A DNA stretch of 49,155 bases, taken from positions 1-49,155 of the IMG/VR virus record IMGVR_UViG_3300034053_000009; one strand, written 5' to 3'. The notes beneath the pieces were generated by a model. It worked only from the letters and a program-made list of their open reading frames with translations, was not told where the DNA came from and did no database searches. Positions 37,098 to 46,339 of this stretch are shown here, piece after piece. This stretch comes from a virus. Lineage: Duplodnaviria; Caudoviricetes. A program made the translations under genes and the position numbers. Position 1 is the stretch's first letter; each line of letters begins with the position of its first letter.

Positions 37098-37126
37098 ATC
37101 GTACCCCCTACTTTTCAGTTTGTCAA
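37098..37126 (-). promoter_or_regulatory. capsid operon promoter, -10 enclosed by an inverted repeat
   Basis: TTGACA-17 nt-TACGAT; IR GTAGGGGG/CCCCCTAC spans 37089-37111. Confidence 0.75.
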
Positions 37127-37129
37127 GTG

Positions 37130-37627
37130 TTAATCGTCCTTGATGCGGACTGTATGCGCACTGCTGCTGCGCTCCTGAGTGATTGGCATGTCAGGACGTG
37201 AGTGCTTCTGCAATTCCGACGCAATCGCCTTAGTCGTATTGTCTGTCTTTGCCAGATAGTGTTTGTTGCGGTTGGCCACCATCTTCTCAGGCATCTCGCA
37301 CAACAGCATCCCTTCCACACCGATGCACCCGGCCCACTTGCCGTGAGCGATGGTCGGTGAGTGGAACGTCGGGGGAACCGATGACGAAGGTCGGGGTTTC
37401 CAGCCTTCACGGAATTTACGGGCGACGTTGGTCGGGTCATCCTGTCCCATCGTACCGACACGAATCCAACGCTGGACAAAGCCGGGACGCGCAGGAGGCG
37501 CTTCCAGTGACGTGGGGCGAACCCACGGCTTGGACTCCTCGGCGTGAACGTCGACATCATCCCACGTCTCGTACTGACGGGTCTCGTGCACCGGCGGAGC
37601 GGCGCGTTCTTGGCGTAGTGTGTTCAT
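37130..37627 (-). CDS. conserved head-module protein
   Basis: W.RPTSL.AP..RPG..QRWIR...D..NV....REGW.P; AAAGGA RBS before ATG 37627. Confidence 0.7.
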   Translation of the reverse strand: MNTLRQERAAPPVHETRQYETWDDVDVHAEESKPWVRPTSLEAPPARPGFVQRWIRVGTMGQDDPTNVARKFREGWKPRPSSSVPPTFHSPTIAHGKWAGCIGVEGMLLCEMPEKMVANRNKHYLAKTDNTTKAIASELQKHSRPDMPITQERSSSAHTVRIKDD

Positions 37628-37640
37628 CTTGGTTCCTTTA

Positions 37641-38639
37641 TTAAGCTGAGGCGCGCTTTGATCTGGCGTATTCACGGAGGTGATCCTTATTGGCTGGGTC
37701 GAGCCCGAACCGGCGCATGTTGCCGAGGTCGACTTTGGTTAACGTGATGGACTTGCTGGAACGGTTGCTGCTCGGGGAATTCCCTGCCGGCGCTACCGGT
37801 GAGCCGGTCGACTTGGCCTTCTTGCGCAGGTTGGGGAAGTTGGCGTCGATGCGTCGATCCAGTTCCTTGTAGTACTCCGGCGACTGCGGGTCGTACCCTT
37901 CCGTGACCAGATCGGAATCCACTGACAGGACAAAGTTGTGGTGCGCCTTGAACTTGGGGTTCTGGAACCACGTCTTGTTGGTAGCCACCCACTTGACTGC
38001 GAGCGGAGCCGGCGGCTTGCGAGGGGCTTCCTGTTGTTGCGGCTGCGGCGCGGCCTGCTGCTGTACCGGTGCAGGGGCGTTGGGGATGTGCCGCTTGGAC
38101 TCCCGTACCTGATTCTGCTGGAACCGCAACTTGTCGAGTTCCGACTGAGCCTTCAGCTCGGCGTCGTAGTCGCCGTCTTCCCGCGCCTTACGCAGCGCAC
38201 CCGACTGCAGCGTTACCGCCTGCTCGAACGCAAACTCAAGCGTGTCGGCGTACTGCTTCTGAAGGGCGATCTTCGACGCCCGCTCTGCCTGCAACTCGCT
38301 ATCCTTCTGCTGGATCGTGTGGACTACCTGCAGTGCCGCCTGACGGATGCTGTCACGCTCTTGGATGATCGTGTCGCGCAGGCGCTTCTCGCGCTGGAAA
38401 CGCTTCTTGATCTTCTCCGGCATGGCTGCCAGTTCAGCGTCGTCCTCGCTAACCCCTTGATCTTCCTCGGCTGCGGGGGCTTCCTCTTCAGCTGCCGGCT
38501 CGTCGGCGGCAGCCTCTTCCGCCGGGGCTTCTTCCTCACCCTCGTCAGAGTCGTCGACGATGACCTCTAGATCGTCATCCTGTTCTGTATCAAGCGACTC
38601 GTTTTCCAACTCATCGATAGTTTCGTTTTCAACTGACAT
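37641..38639 (-). CDS. capsid scaffolding protein
   Basis: Acidic N-terminus, long coiled coil, W...N.WF and YY.ELD.R, C-terminal EYAR. Confidence 0.75.
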   Translation of the reverse strand: MSVENETIDELENESLDTEQDDDLEVIVDDSDEGEEEAPAEEAAADEPAAEEEAPAAEEDQGVSEDDAELAAMPEKIKKRFQREKRLRDTIIQERDSIRQAALQVVHTIQQKDSELQAERASKIALQKQYADTLEFAFEQAVTLQSGALRKAREDGDYDAELKAQSELDKLRFQQNQVRESKRHIPNAPAPVQQQAAPQPQQQEAPRKPPAPLAVKWVATNKTWFQNPKFKAHHNFVLSVDSDLVTEGYDPQSPEYYKELDRRIDANFPNLRKKAKSTGSPVAPAGNSPSSNRSSKSITLTKVDLGNMRRFGLDPANKDHLREYARSKRASA

Positions 38640-38647
38640 GGCTTACC

Positions 38648-39064
38648 TCACTTGGATGTTTGTAGGGTCTCGGGGTTGGGTACAACCGCGAGGATTTCAT
38701 CGTCGTTCAAAATTAGGATGCGCACCCCCCGATGGAGAATTTTCGCCCCGGCAAAACGCCCGAAAGCGACATAGTCACCCACCTTGGGAAAGTCCGGGCC
38801 GGGGGCTTTACCGTCACCGCCGAGCCGTTCGTGTTTGCCGGCCATCGGGCCGAGTGCCACTACCTTACCGATGAAATTCAGGATGTCCTGCGCTTCTTGG
38901 TTCGCCAGAGCCAGCACAATGCCGCCCTTGCTCACCTCTTTCGGACGTGTGGGCGCAACGAGAACGCGCCAGTACGTCGGTTTAGGCAGGTCATCCCAGA
39001 ACCCTTCGGGTAAGTCCGTGTCCTCGTTGCTCCAGCCGGAATTACCTTCGTCGTGATAAGCCAA
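38648..39064 (-). CDS. groES: GroES-like co-chaperonin
   Basis: RVLV...SKGGIVL...GKVVALGP...KVGD.V.F..FAG...ILNDDEILAVV; TTG start after AAGGAG. Confidence 0.9.
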   Translation of the reverse strand: MAYHDEGNSGWSNEDTDLPEGFWDDLPKPTYWRVLVAPTRPKEVSKGGIVLALANQEAQDILNFIGKVVALGPMAGKHERLGGDGKAPGPDFPKVGDYVAFGRFAGAKILHRGVRILILNDDEILAVVPNPETLQTSK

Positions 39065-39066
39065 AT

Positions 39067-39264
39067 TTATTCTCCTTCGTCAAGTATCTTGTTGAACTGG
39101 TCGTCGATCGCATCGAGTGCTTTCTTCAACCCTTGAATGATGCCGACCAGCCGTTTGTACTCAGCGTAGTCAGCCGCTCTTCCAGACGATAACTCGTCCG
39201 AAACCTTGCGCATCTGCGCGATGATGTTGTCGCGCAGTGCACTCCTTACCGCCATCAAAACCAT
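39067..39264 (-). CDS. small conserved protein between portal and GroES
   Basis: L.SG.A.DY.EYK..VG.I.GL pattern; AAGGAG RBS. Confidence 0.7.
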   Translation of the reverse strand: MVLMAVRSALRDNIIAQMRKVSDELSSGRAADYAEYKRLVGIIQGLKKALDAIDDQFNKILDEGE

Positions 39265-39273
39265 TTCGTCTCC

Positions 39274-41967
39274 TTATCTGAACCGTGGTACACCTTGATG
39301 AAAATCTGCCGTCTGCTGGAACTGGCTGCCACCTTGCCCTGCCATCGCCATGCGCGCTATTGCCGCCACGGTGTCGCTGAACGGCTTCCCAAGTGCCTTG
39401 CTCAGTACCGCCAGCTCACGCGGGGACATCTGGATACCTGCCTGATTCAAGAACTCGCCGGCTTGCTTCACCAGTGTCGGCTCGATACCTGCCACGGCAT
39501 CCTCACGGTCGACTTCTTCCGCGAGACCTTTGTTCTTCCGCTGCTGCTCCAGTTCAAATGCGGCCTGCTTGCGCTTCTCGTCCGCCTCAAACGCGGCCTG
39601 CTTGCGCGCTTCCTCGGCTGCCGGATCGGCCTGCGGCTTCTGCTGGGGTTGCTGCGCTTGCTGTTGCGCCTGTTGCTGCGCGGCTTGTTGCTGGAGCATC
39701 TGCTGCATAGCCTGCGCCGAGGCTTGGGCGATCTGGTTCTCCTGCTCAGGGGAGAGCGTCTGGAACACGTCATCCGTGGGCTTGACCGAGTTCCCCCAGT
39801 CAGGTGCAGGCATCTGCGGCGGGGGAGGCATCTGTGGTATCTGCGGTTGGGGCGGCGGGGGTAGCCCCTGCATAGCTGCCTGCTGGGCTTGTTGCTGCCA
39901 CTGCTGCATCGCCTGCTGGGCCTGTTGCATCTGCTGCTGGTAGGCCTGCATCAGCCGCTGCTGCATCTGCTGGTACTGGAACATCGCCTCGTGCTCCATC
40001 ATGTGCGCCTGCATCAACCCTTGGAACTGCTGCGGCATCGACTGCATCTGCCCTTGGTGCGTCATGTTGTGCGCCTTGTGATCCTGCTCGATGAACGCCT
40101 TGATCGGACGACCCAAGAGGAGGGACGCCGCCTCACTAAGTGGATCGAGCCGCTTCGCTTCGGCTTTCTTCGGGAACACCTGCTCCGGGTTGGGGAACCG
40201 CATCGCTTTGAGCAGTCCTACCGCCGCTTCACGCCGGTCAGCGAGGTCAGGCATCGCCTGAGCAAGCTGGAGAGCACTCTGCGCCATCGCAATCCGCTGT
40301 GCGGAGCTGAAAATGTTGGGGTCAGAGACCGGAACCACGTCCACACGCCCGTCGTAGTCCGATTTCAGCACGTGCCGCATGCCGTCCGAGGGAATGTACG
40401 GGTACATTTCCGGCAAAACCTCGCCATTCAGCTCGGCAATGTGCATGAACTCCGTGCCGAAGGCGTAGTGCAGGCGCTTGTGGATGCCGGAGAACACTTT
40501 CGAGCCCTGCTCGATCTGCGCAACCATCGTTCCGACCGGGCCGGTCGTCGCCGCATCACCCACCATTGTCTCGGTAGTTGCCGCAAACCGTTGCCCCAGC
40601 TCAACGATCGTACCCAACAGGGCGTTCAACACCTGACTCGGCTCTTTGAACGGCGGGGTGTAGAACGCACGGCCCAATTCCTCCGCCGTCATCTCACAAT
40701 CCTGCCAGACACCGGGCTCCAGCACCACATCCCCGGGCAATTTCGCATCTTTCGACTTGAAACCCCCTTGCAGCGTAGCAAACGCCCCCGAATCGAGCAG
40801 AATCCGCAGGATTTCCGTCGCTGCTTCGCCCAAATTACCGATGGTGTGCAGCAAACCGAAGCCGTAGAACCCGAACCCGGGCAGGAATTTCTTGTGGGTG
40901 AACCACTGCCGGCGTGTTTTAGTCTCGTCCAGCTCTTTCCAGTTGCGCCGGATGCCGATAACCTTCTTCGACTTGCTGCACACCGTGATGATGAACGGCA
41001 GCGCGATGTCCTCCTCGAACCCTTCGAGGTCGTAGTCGATGTGCGTTTCGTAGAGGACGTGCTCTTTGTCCGAGTCCATCCGGGTCGCCGGTTTCTCCTG
41101 TCCGTCCAGTGTGGTCAGCACCTCGGTCATCGACGCCGGCTCGCCGTCCTCCATACCCTCCGCGTCGTCGTAGTCCTCCCCTTCCATCAGCACGTCCGTG
41201 TAGAACCCCGCCGCCACTGCACGCCGGTACTCGTTATGCGTCAGGTGAATCTCATGGGTATACCGCTGCGCCTTGGCCAGCGACTTCGCATCGTAAGGGA
41301 CGATGAAATGATCCGAGCGCACCCACTGGCTGACCACCTTCCCCGTCGTCGGGTCTTCGTACTGTTTGTCAAACTCGCTGCCGGTGAAGGGCAGCAGGTA
41401 GAGCATCTGATCCCGCTCTTCGTAGTACCCACGGTCTTCGATCGTGAGCTGGTAGTTCATGTGATCCTCGATGCGCTGCGCCTGCGCCAGCACGTCGTCA
41501 GTCTTCTCTCCGATGATCTGCGTCTTCACCGGGCCACCGGGCGGCAGGAGTTCTGCCATTGCCCGCGCTTGGAACTGCGTCGCCGCTTCCACCAACAGGG
41601 GGTGCGACACCCGACTGATCCCCGTGTCGCTGTCGTCATCCGGGCAGTAGATGCCCAGACGCTCCATACCCTTCTTCATCGTGTCGTACCACTTCTTGCG
41701 CGACTCCTTGTCGGCAGTCACCTTCTCGACGATGTCATCCCCGATGTCGTCCAGCTCTTCTTCGGTGAGGATTTCGGCAATGTTAGCGTTGAACGGGATG
41801 GTGTCGATCTGCGGGTTCCGCTCTTCAGACTCGAGCATCTCGCCCGTGTTGGGGTCGATGCTGATGGAACCGCCGGCTTCCAGCAGGTCGTCGATGGACT
41901 CTGCCTCCTCAACCATCTCAAGGTCAGGCAGCTCGGTATCGTCGGGGGTTTGGTTGCTCATGTACAT
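39274..41967 (-). CDS. portal protein with Gln-rich C-terminal extension
   Basis: HPLL.EA..QFQARA..EL.P.GGPVKT, GFGFYGFGL.H and PVSDPNIFS motifs. Confidence 0.9.
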   Translation of the reverse strand: MYMSNQTPDDTELPDLEMVEEAESIDDLLEAGGSISIDPNTGEMLESEERNPQIDTIPFNANIAEILTEEELDDIGDDIVEKVTADKESRKKWYDTMKKGMERLGIYCPDDDSDTGISRVSHPLLVEAATQFQARAMAELLPPGGPVKTQIIGEKTDDVLAQAQRIEDHMNYQLTIEDRGYYEERDQMLYLLPFTGSEFDKQYEDPTTGKVVSQWVRSDHFIVPYDAKSLAKAQRYTHEIHLTHNEYRRAVAAGFYTDVLMEGEDYDDAEGMEDGEPASMTEVLTTLDGQEKPATRMDSDKEHVLYETHIDYDLEGFEEDIALPFIITVCSKSKKVIGIRRNWKELDETKTRRQWFTHKKFLPGFGFYGFGLLHTIGNLGEAATEILRILLDSGAFATLQGGFKSKDAKLPGDVVLEPGVWQDCEMTAEELGRAFYTPPFKEPSQVLNALLGTIVELGQRFAATTETMVGDAATTGPVGTMVAQIEQGSKVFSGIHKRLHYAFGTEFMHIAELNGEVLPEMYPYIPSDGMRHVLKSDYDGRVDVVPVSDPNIFSSAQRIAMAQSALQLAQAMPDLADRREAAVGLLKAMRFPNPEQVFPKKAEAKRLDPLSEAASLLLGRPIKAFIEQDHKAHNMTHQGQMQSMPQQFQGLMQAHMMEHEAMFQYQQMQQRLMQAYQQQMQQAQQAMQQWQQQAQQAAMQGLPPPPQPQIPQMPPPPQMPAPDWGNSVKPTDDVFQTLSPEQENQIAQASAQAMQQMLQQQAAQQQAQQQAQQPQQKPQADPAAEEARKQAAFEADEKRKQAAFELEQQRKNKGLAEEVDREDAVAGIEPTLVKQAGEFLNQAGIQMSPRELAVLSKALGKPFSDTVAAIARMAMAGQGGSQFQQTADFHQGVPRFR

Positions 41968-41983
41968 GGTTTATCCTTTGGAA

Positions 41984-43630
41984 TTATGCCGCTGCAGGGA
42001 GGCGACTTCTCCGCGTAGCATAGCTTCGCTTGGCTGGTTTGTCGAGGTCGTCATCGTCCTCGTCTTCCTCGTCGTCGGGGGTTTCAAGCAGGAACATGCG
42101 CCGCCCGTAGTTCATCGCCATCGAAAAACTATCTACGACATCGTCATGTTCTCCTGCTGGAAACGCTGCGCAGTTATCAATTACACGCTGCGCCCACCGC
42201 TTACCTTTCGGGTAGTACACCACGCCTTGCGATAGGGGTATTGTCGCCGCATCTGCACGACTGTACTTTGACCCCGTAGGTTTTATGGGAGAGACTGGAA
42301 TCCCTCGACGGCGCATTTCTTGATACAACGGTATACCACTCGATGCCTTCTCCACCAATATCCGATCGGGCCGATACTCCTTGAACGAGTCCAGCGCATT
42401 CTTCAGTAGATCAGGGAAGTCTAGTCTATCCTCAAGAGCTTCGAGTAGCAGAAAGCACATTTTGCCGTCAGATTTCCGCTTAAACACCCCCCACGTTGTG
42501 CGTGCAGTTAAGTCATTGTGCTCTGCAGTCTCCGCAGCCACGTCATACGATTGGAAAACATAGTCAACCACTGGGAGCCCGTTGTTGTCGACATCGTACG
42601 GCTTCCACCACTCGGATCGCAGCAACCCGCCTTCCTCGGCCACAGGGTTTTGCATGTAGAGGGCAGACCATGCTCTTGGTGACATGCTGGAACCGTGCTT
42701 GGTACGCATCAAGTCTTCCAACGGGAACCGCCTTGGAGCAAACGAATCGCCGGCAAAGAACGTGCGATTGCAGTCGGGCAGGTATTTCGCGTACTTGGGA
42801 TCGTGGCTGATTCTCGTCAATATCGCTGCTGACGGCTCGTCCAACACTGCAGGTATTGACAGTACATCCCACTTATCGGCCTCCGGATTGATGTGCTGTT
42901 GCGCCAATAACCTCCCTGCAAGGTCATCCACCGCCCATCGAGTTTGGATGTTGATTATGGCCGACCCTCGCCCTGTCCGTGGATCGCGGGGCATTTTGCG
43001 TGAATAGAAACCGGGGCCGTACCAATTCCAGACCCCCTCTTTTGCCGTCTTACTAATCGCAGTCTTTTCGTTCAGTAGATCATCAAGAATGCCGAGCGCG
43101 AAGCCTTTTCCCGCAATACCTGTGTCCACGCCCGCAGTGGCATACTTGCCGTTCTTGGTCGTCGCCCACGCTGATACCGACCGAGAGTCCTTTGACAACT
43201 CGGTGCCGGGGTAAATCTCACGATACTCTGGAGTCATCAGCAGGTTACGCGCTTCCCGACCAAACCCCTCCGACATAGTCGCGCTGTGGCCAACCTGCAT
43301 AATGTGCTGGTACGGGTGTTTACCGATGTAGTACGCAGGGAAGAATACCGACGCCATCTGGGACTTGCCAGTACGTGGTGCGATGAACAGCATCAGCCGA
43401 TCGACTTCGCCAGTCACAATCTTTTCCAGTCGCTCTGCAATGGCTATATGCACCTCCTCGATGGTGAACCACGGGGCGATGGTTTGTATGAAGTCCAGTA
43501 GCGTATCCCCTTTCGCCTGCAGCGCCTGCCGCCGCAAATACTCCTCCACCACCAGCCGCTCTTGCGAGGTGAACTGGGACAAGTCGATCGTTGTGGGGTC
43601 AATCCGCAGTGCGGACGGGGGCTGCGTCAT
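41984..43630 (-). CDS. terL: terminase large subunit
   Basis: APRTGKS, GILDD, QTRW..DDL.G, LYMQNP, EKASSG and FP.GEHDD.VD motifs. Confidence 0.93.
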   Translation of the reverse strand: MTQPPSALRIDPTTIDLSQFTSQERLVVEEYLRRQALQAKGDTLLDFIQTIAPWFTIEEVHIAIAERLEKIVTGEVDRLMLFIAPRTGKSQMASVFFPAYYIGKHPYQHIMQVGHSATMSEGFGREARNLLMTPEYREIYPGTELSKDSRSVSAWATTKNGKYATAGVDTGIAGKGFALGILDDLLNEKTAISKTAKEGVWNWYGPGFYSRKMPRDPRTGRGSAIINIQTRWAVDDLAGRLLAQQHINPEADKWDVLSIPAVLDEPSAAILTRISHDPKYAKYLPDCNRTFFAGDSFAPRRFPLEDLMRTKHGSSMSPRAWSALYMQNPVAEEGGLLRSEWWKPYDVDNNGLPVVDYVFQSYDVAAETAEHNDLTARTTWGVFKRKSDGKMCFLLLEALEDRLDFPDLLKNALDSFKEYRPDRILVEKASSGIPLYQEMRRRGIPVSPIKPTGSKYSRADAATIPLSQGVVYYPKGKRWAQRVIDNCAAFPAGEHDDVVDSFSMAMNYGRRMFLLETPDDEEDEDDDDLDKPAKRSYATRRSRLPAAA

Positions 43631-44180
43631 AGGTGACGTTGGATGGGGTGGGGGACTTCTTCATGATGATCTGCATCATGCGGGCGTTCAGTTCTTCGTT
43701 TGACAGGCTGCGCATGTCGATGTTGACCGCGAGGTTGTTCGTAGTCTCCGGGCGGGGCTCAAGGCCAGCGACCTTCGTAGTCCACTTAATCAGGTCACTT
43801 CTCACGTTGGCCGGCGTCTCTGGGTCGTGCACCATCTGCCACGCTTCATGCAGGTAGGCCTCCGCTTGGGCCTGTGCTTTGACTTTGAAGCTGAACCCCT
43901 CTTCCTTGACCTTGTCGCGCATGTCCCGTATCTCCTGACGGAACACGGGGTGTTGGGCCAGCTGCTTGAACTGTTCCGTGGAGACGTGGTAGGCGGTGAG
44001 CAGGTCGGGTATGGGTGCTGTCTTTAGCACGATGTCCAACACGAGCCCGCGAGGGTAGTGGGGCAGGGATGGGTCATCCCGACGTTTAAAAGCCGCTGGA
44101 GAGGCGGTGATGGCATCTGCCAGTGCCGTGGGGGCACTCTCGTCCATCAGGTCGTCCAACGAGGAGGGATCAAGTTCCAT
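43599..44180 (-). CDS. terS: probable terminase small subunit
   Basis: Helical 193-aa ORF directly upstream of and overlapping terL. Confidence 0.6.
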   Translation of the reverse strand: MELDPSSLDDLMDESAPTALADAITASPAAFKRRDDPSLPHYPRGLVLDIVLKTAPIPDLLTAYHVSTEQFKQLAQHPVFRQEIRDMRDKVKEEGFSFKVKAQAQAEAYLHEAWQMVHDPETPANVRSDLIKWTTKVAGLEPRPETTNNLAVNIDMRSLSNEELNARMMQIIMKKSPTPSNVTYDAAPVRTAD

Positions 44181-44382
44181 CGCGTTTGCGCAGCTTCAGG
44201 TTGTGGTAGTAAATTTTGGCATGAGCACGTACCAGATCGTTGTGGTGCTCCTTCCACGTTTTAGTGGCGTCGCGCATACACACCTTGCACCACCCCGATC
44301 GACCGTCCACACGCGAGGCGTTTCTCTGGAAGCCGTCTAGGGGTTTCGTCTGATCGCAGCGAGGGCAGGTTTTCGTTTGCAT
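44170..44382 (-). CDS. small Zn-binding protein (like the N-terminal module of HNH/EndoVII nucleases)
   Basis: KTCPRC.QTKPL..F.RN..R.DG..GWCKVC; no nuclease domain follows. Confidence 0.6.
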   Translation of the reverse strand: MQTKTCPRCDQTKPLDGFQRNASRVDGRSGWCKVCMRDATKTWKEHHNDLVRAHAKIYYHNLKLRKRDGT

Positions 44383-44389
44383 GGGTGAG

Positions 44390-44418
44390 ACTATATCGGG
44401 GTGGGAGAGACTTGTCAA
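44390..44418 (-). promoter_or_regulatory. promoter of the packaging/late operon
   Basis: TTGACA-17 nt-TATAGT. Confidence 0.75.
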
Positions 44419-44634
44419 TAGGGGCGGGGCGATGTGGGAAAGACTGGAGGTAGGGGGAGTGGGAAAGACATCAAAGCCAAAAATCCACGGTCATGCCCAC
44501 CGCTAGGGAAAGACATGGACTGGATTTTGACGTGAGCGTCGGAGATGCGGCACCACCCACCGCACGCGAAACCGATTTGGCCCCCGGCCCCTCCGCCTTG
44601 CCGGTCTTGGCGACATGTCGCCACCAGCATCGCT

Positions 44635-44666
44635 CGGAAAGTCAGACTGCGCAGTCTGACTTTCCG
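44635..44666. repeat. perfect 32-bp palindrome
   Basis: CGGAAAGTCAGACTGCGCAGTCTGACTTTCCG, abutting the -35 of the next promoter. Confidence 0.9.
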
Positions 44667-44667
44667 C

Positions 44668-44695
44668 TTGCATTCCCCTACAGATAGCGTATAAT
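44668..44695 (+). promoter_or_regulatory. sigma70 promoter
   Basis: TTGCAT-16 nt-TATAAT. Confidence 0.65.
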
Positions 44696-44742
44696 GAATC
44701 TCAGTAGTACATGGGTACTACATTCACTTAAAGGAAAACGAA

Positions 44743-45408
44743 ATGACAAATCAAGCCCGATCACTAGTCGCGTTGTTTATCACTGCTGAAACATCGTCGG
44801 CGCAAGCTGAGAATGACAATCAAGCATTCTCGAATGCTATGGCCATAGCTTTTCCGTTCGGTATGGTGTATACCGACTACACCAATAGCCGCAAAGTATG
44901 GGTAGCGGATTATGCTGAGGTTAAAAAGGTCGCTGAGGATTCAGCAGGCAGGGCCTTTGGTCGCGCGATAGATCGCATGAATAAATATCTGAAGTCTATT
45001 GATGCAGAGCTATTTGTCGCGCCTGCATCTGATAGCAAAGATGCGAAGCGCAAGGCGGACAAGAAAACGGCGGAACAATCTGCCGTAGCCATGGCATTAC
45101 AGCAAGCTCCGGAAAAACTCGCAGCAAGCGCTGCATCTGGCGATGAGGTAGCGGCCAAGGCATTAGTAGAACGATCGAAGCTTGCGGCCAAAGCGGCCAA
45201 AGCGGACGCGACCGAGCTTTTGAAGGATACCGTTGCGAAGCTCAAATCGGCCAACCCGCTTGCGATTCGAATCGGTCGCGCTGCAGCGTCAGGCGATGTT
45301 AATGCTATGGTTTTCCTGATTTGCGACCAGTGGCCAGCACTGGCCACGGCGATCGCTGCGAAAGTAACCGACACGAAGAAAATCCGCCGGTCCGGAAAAA
45401 CGGACTGA
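44743..45408 (+). CDS. Ala/Lys-rich hypothetical protein
   Basis: Has its own promoter, an AAAGGA RBS and downstream terminators. Confidence 0.75.
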   Translation: MTNQARSLVALFITAETSSAQAENDNQAFSNAMAIAFPFGMVYTDYTNSRKVWVADYAEVKKVAEDSAGRAFGRAIDRMNKYLKSIDAELFVAPASDSKDAKRKADKKTAEQSAVAMALQQAPEKLAASAASGDEVAAKALVERSKLAAKAAKADATELLKDTVAKLKSANPLAIRIGRAAASGDVNAMVFLICDQWPALATAIAAKVTDTKKIRRSGKTD

Positions 45409-45426
45409 TTGTCCGAAATTCCACTA

Positions 45427-45483
45427 AACCGCCTTAGGGCGGTTTTTCTTGCCCGACGCCTGACCACACGGTCAGGCTTTTTT
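45427..45483 (+). terminator. two tandem intrinsic terminators
   Basis: CCGCC-TTAG-GGCGG-TTTTT and GCCTGACC-ACAC-GGTCAGGC-TTTTTT. Confidence 0.85.
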
Positions 45484-45629
45484 ACGCCCGTCTGGCGGGC
45501 TCTGGCGGCGTCGGATGACCACCTTCATACCTCACCCCCGCACGCCTTGGGACGCCGGCCTTACGGCGTCCCAGCGAGACAGTACCCGACACGGGACGCG
45601 AACCGGTACGTGACCGGAAACGTAACGCG

Positions 45630-46300
45630 ATCTAGAAAAGTTAGGATTGGAGATGGGACAATTGATGCACAAGTGTCCACCAACATCTAGAAAAGCCACG
45701 ATTGGAGATGGACGTAATAGTAGCGAAGTATGTCTAATAATTTATAGTATTTATACTTATTAGACGTGGAATGGCCACCGGTGGGGGGTTGGGGCTCATC
45801 TAATACAGTCTAATACAGTCTAATATATCTAATATAAGAAGTTAAACAAGAGATTTCGTGACGCGCGACCCTGTGGCCATCTCCAATACTGGCTTTTCTA
45901 GTTCCCCCCATTGGCCTCTTCTGTCTTTCCTGAAACAGTGATCTAACTTTGGTCATTAGACTCTTTAGACAATTTAGACTGTATTAGACATGGCCCTAAC
46001 TTCGCGTACTTCGTGTACTCTCCGGATTAGACTGTATTAGACGACTTTCGACAACTTCGGCAACTTCTGCAGTTAGCTGTTATGCGTACTTCGCGTACTT
46101 CGCGTACTTCGTCTACATGTGAAACATCAGCAACTTCGCCTATTTCACATACTTCACGACTATCTGTACTTTGCCACTTTCGTGTATTCAGCGTACTAGA
46201 CCTTATACGTACTTCGCGTACTTGTGATATATGTCATACTTCGCGTATTGCTGATACTTCGTTACAATCTGCCCTATTGCGTACTTCGCCAACTTCGTCT
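45630..46300. repeat. iteron-like repeat region (candidate replication origin or genome end)
   Basis: Three ~27-bp repeats, convergent TCTAAT/ATTAGA arrays, an AT-rich core and 9-bp GTACTTCGC tandem repeats. Confidence 0.75.
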
Positions 46301-46339
46301 ATATTACGTCCACGGCAATCCCGCCGACAGGAGAAAACC

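Noticed and set aside
39889-42018. 709-aa plus-strand ORF
   Set aside because: Antisense shadow of the portal gene caused by GC-rich codon bias; the same applies to 17800-18987, 3933-4964 and similar ORFs
45630-45711. CRISPR mini-array (two ~27-bp repeats, ~28-bp spacer)
   Set aside because: Only two direct copies with internal differences, the third copy is inverted, and there are no cas genes
46082-46339. N-terminal 86 aa of ORF 46082-46834
   Set aside because: Open only because of the 9-bp repeats; a good RBS precedes ATG 46340
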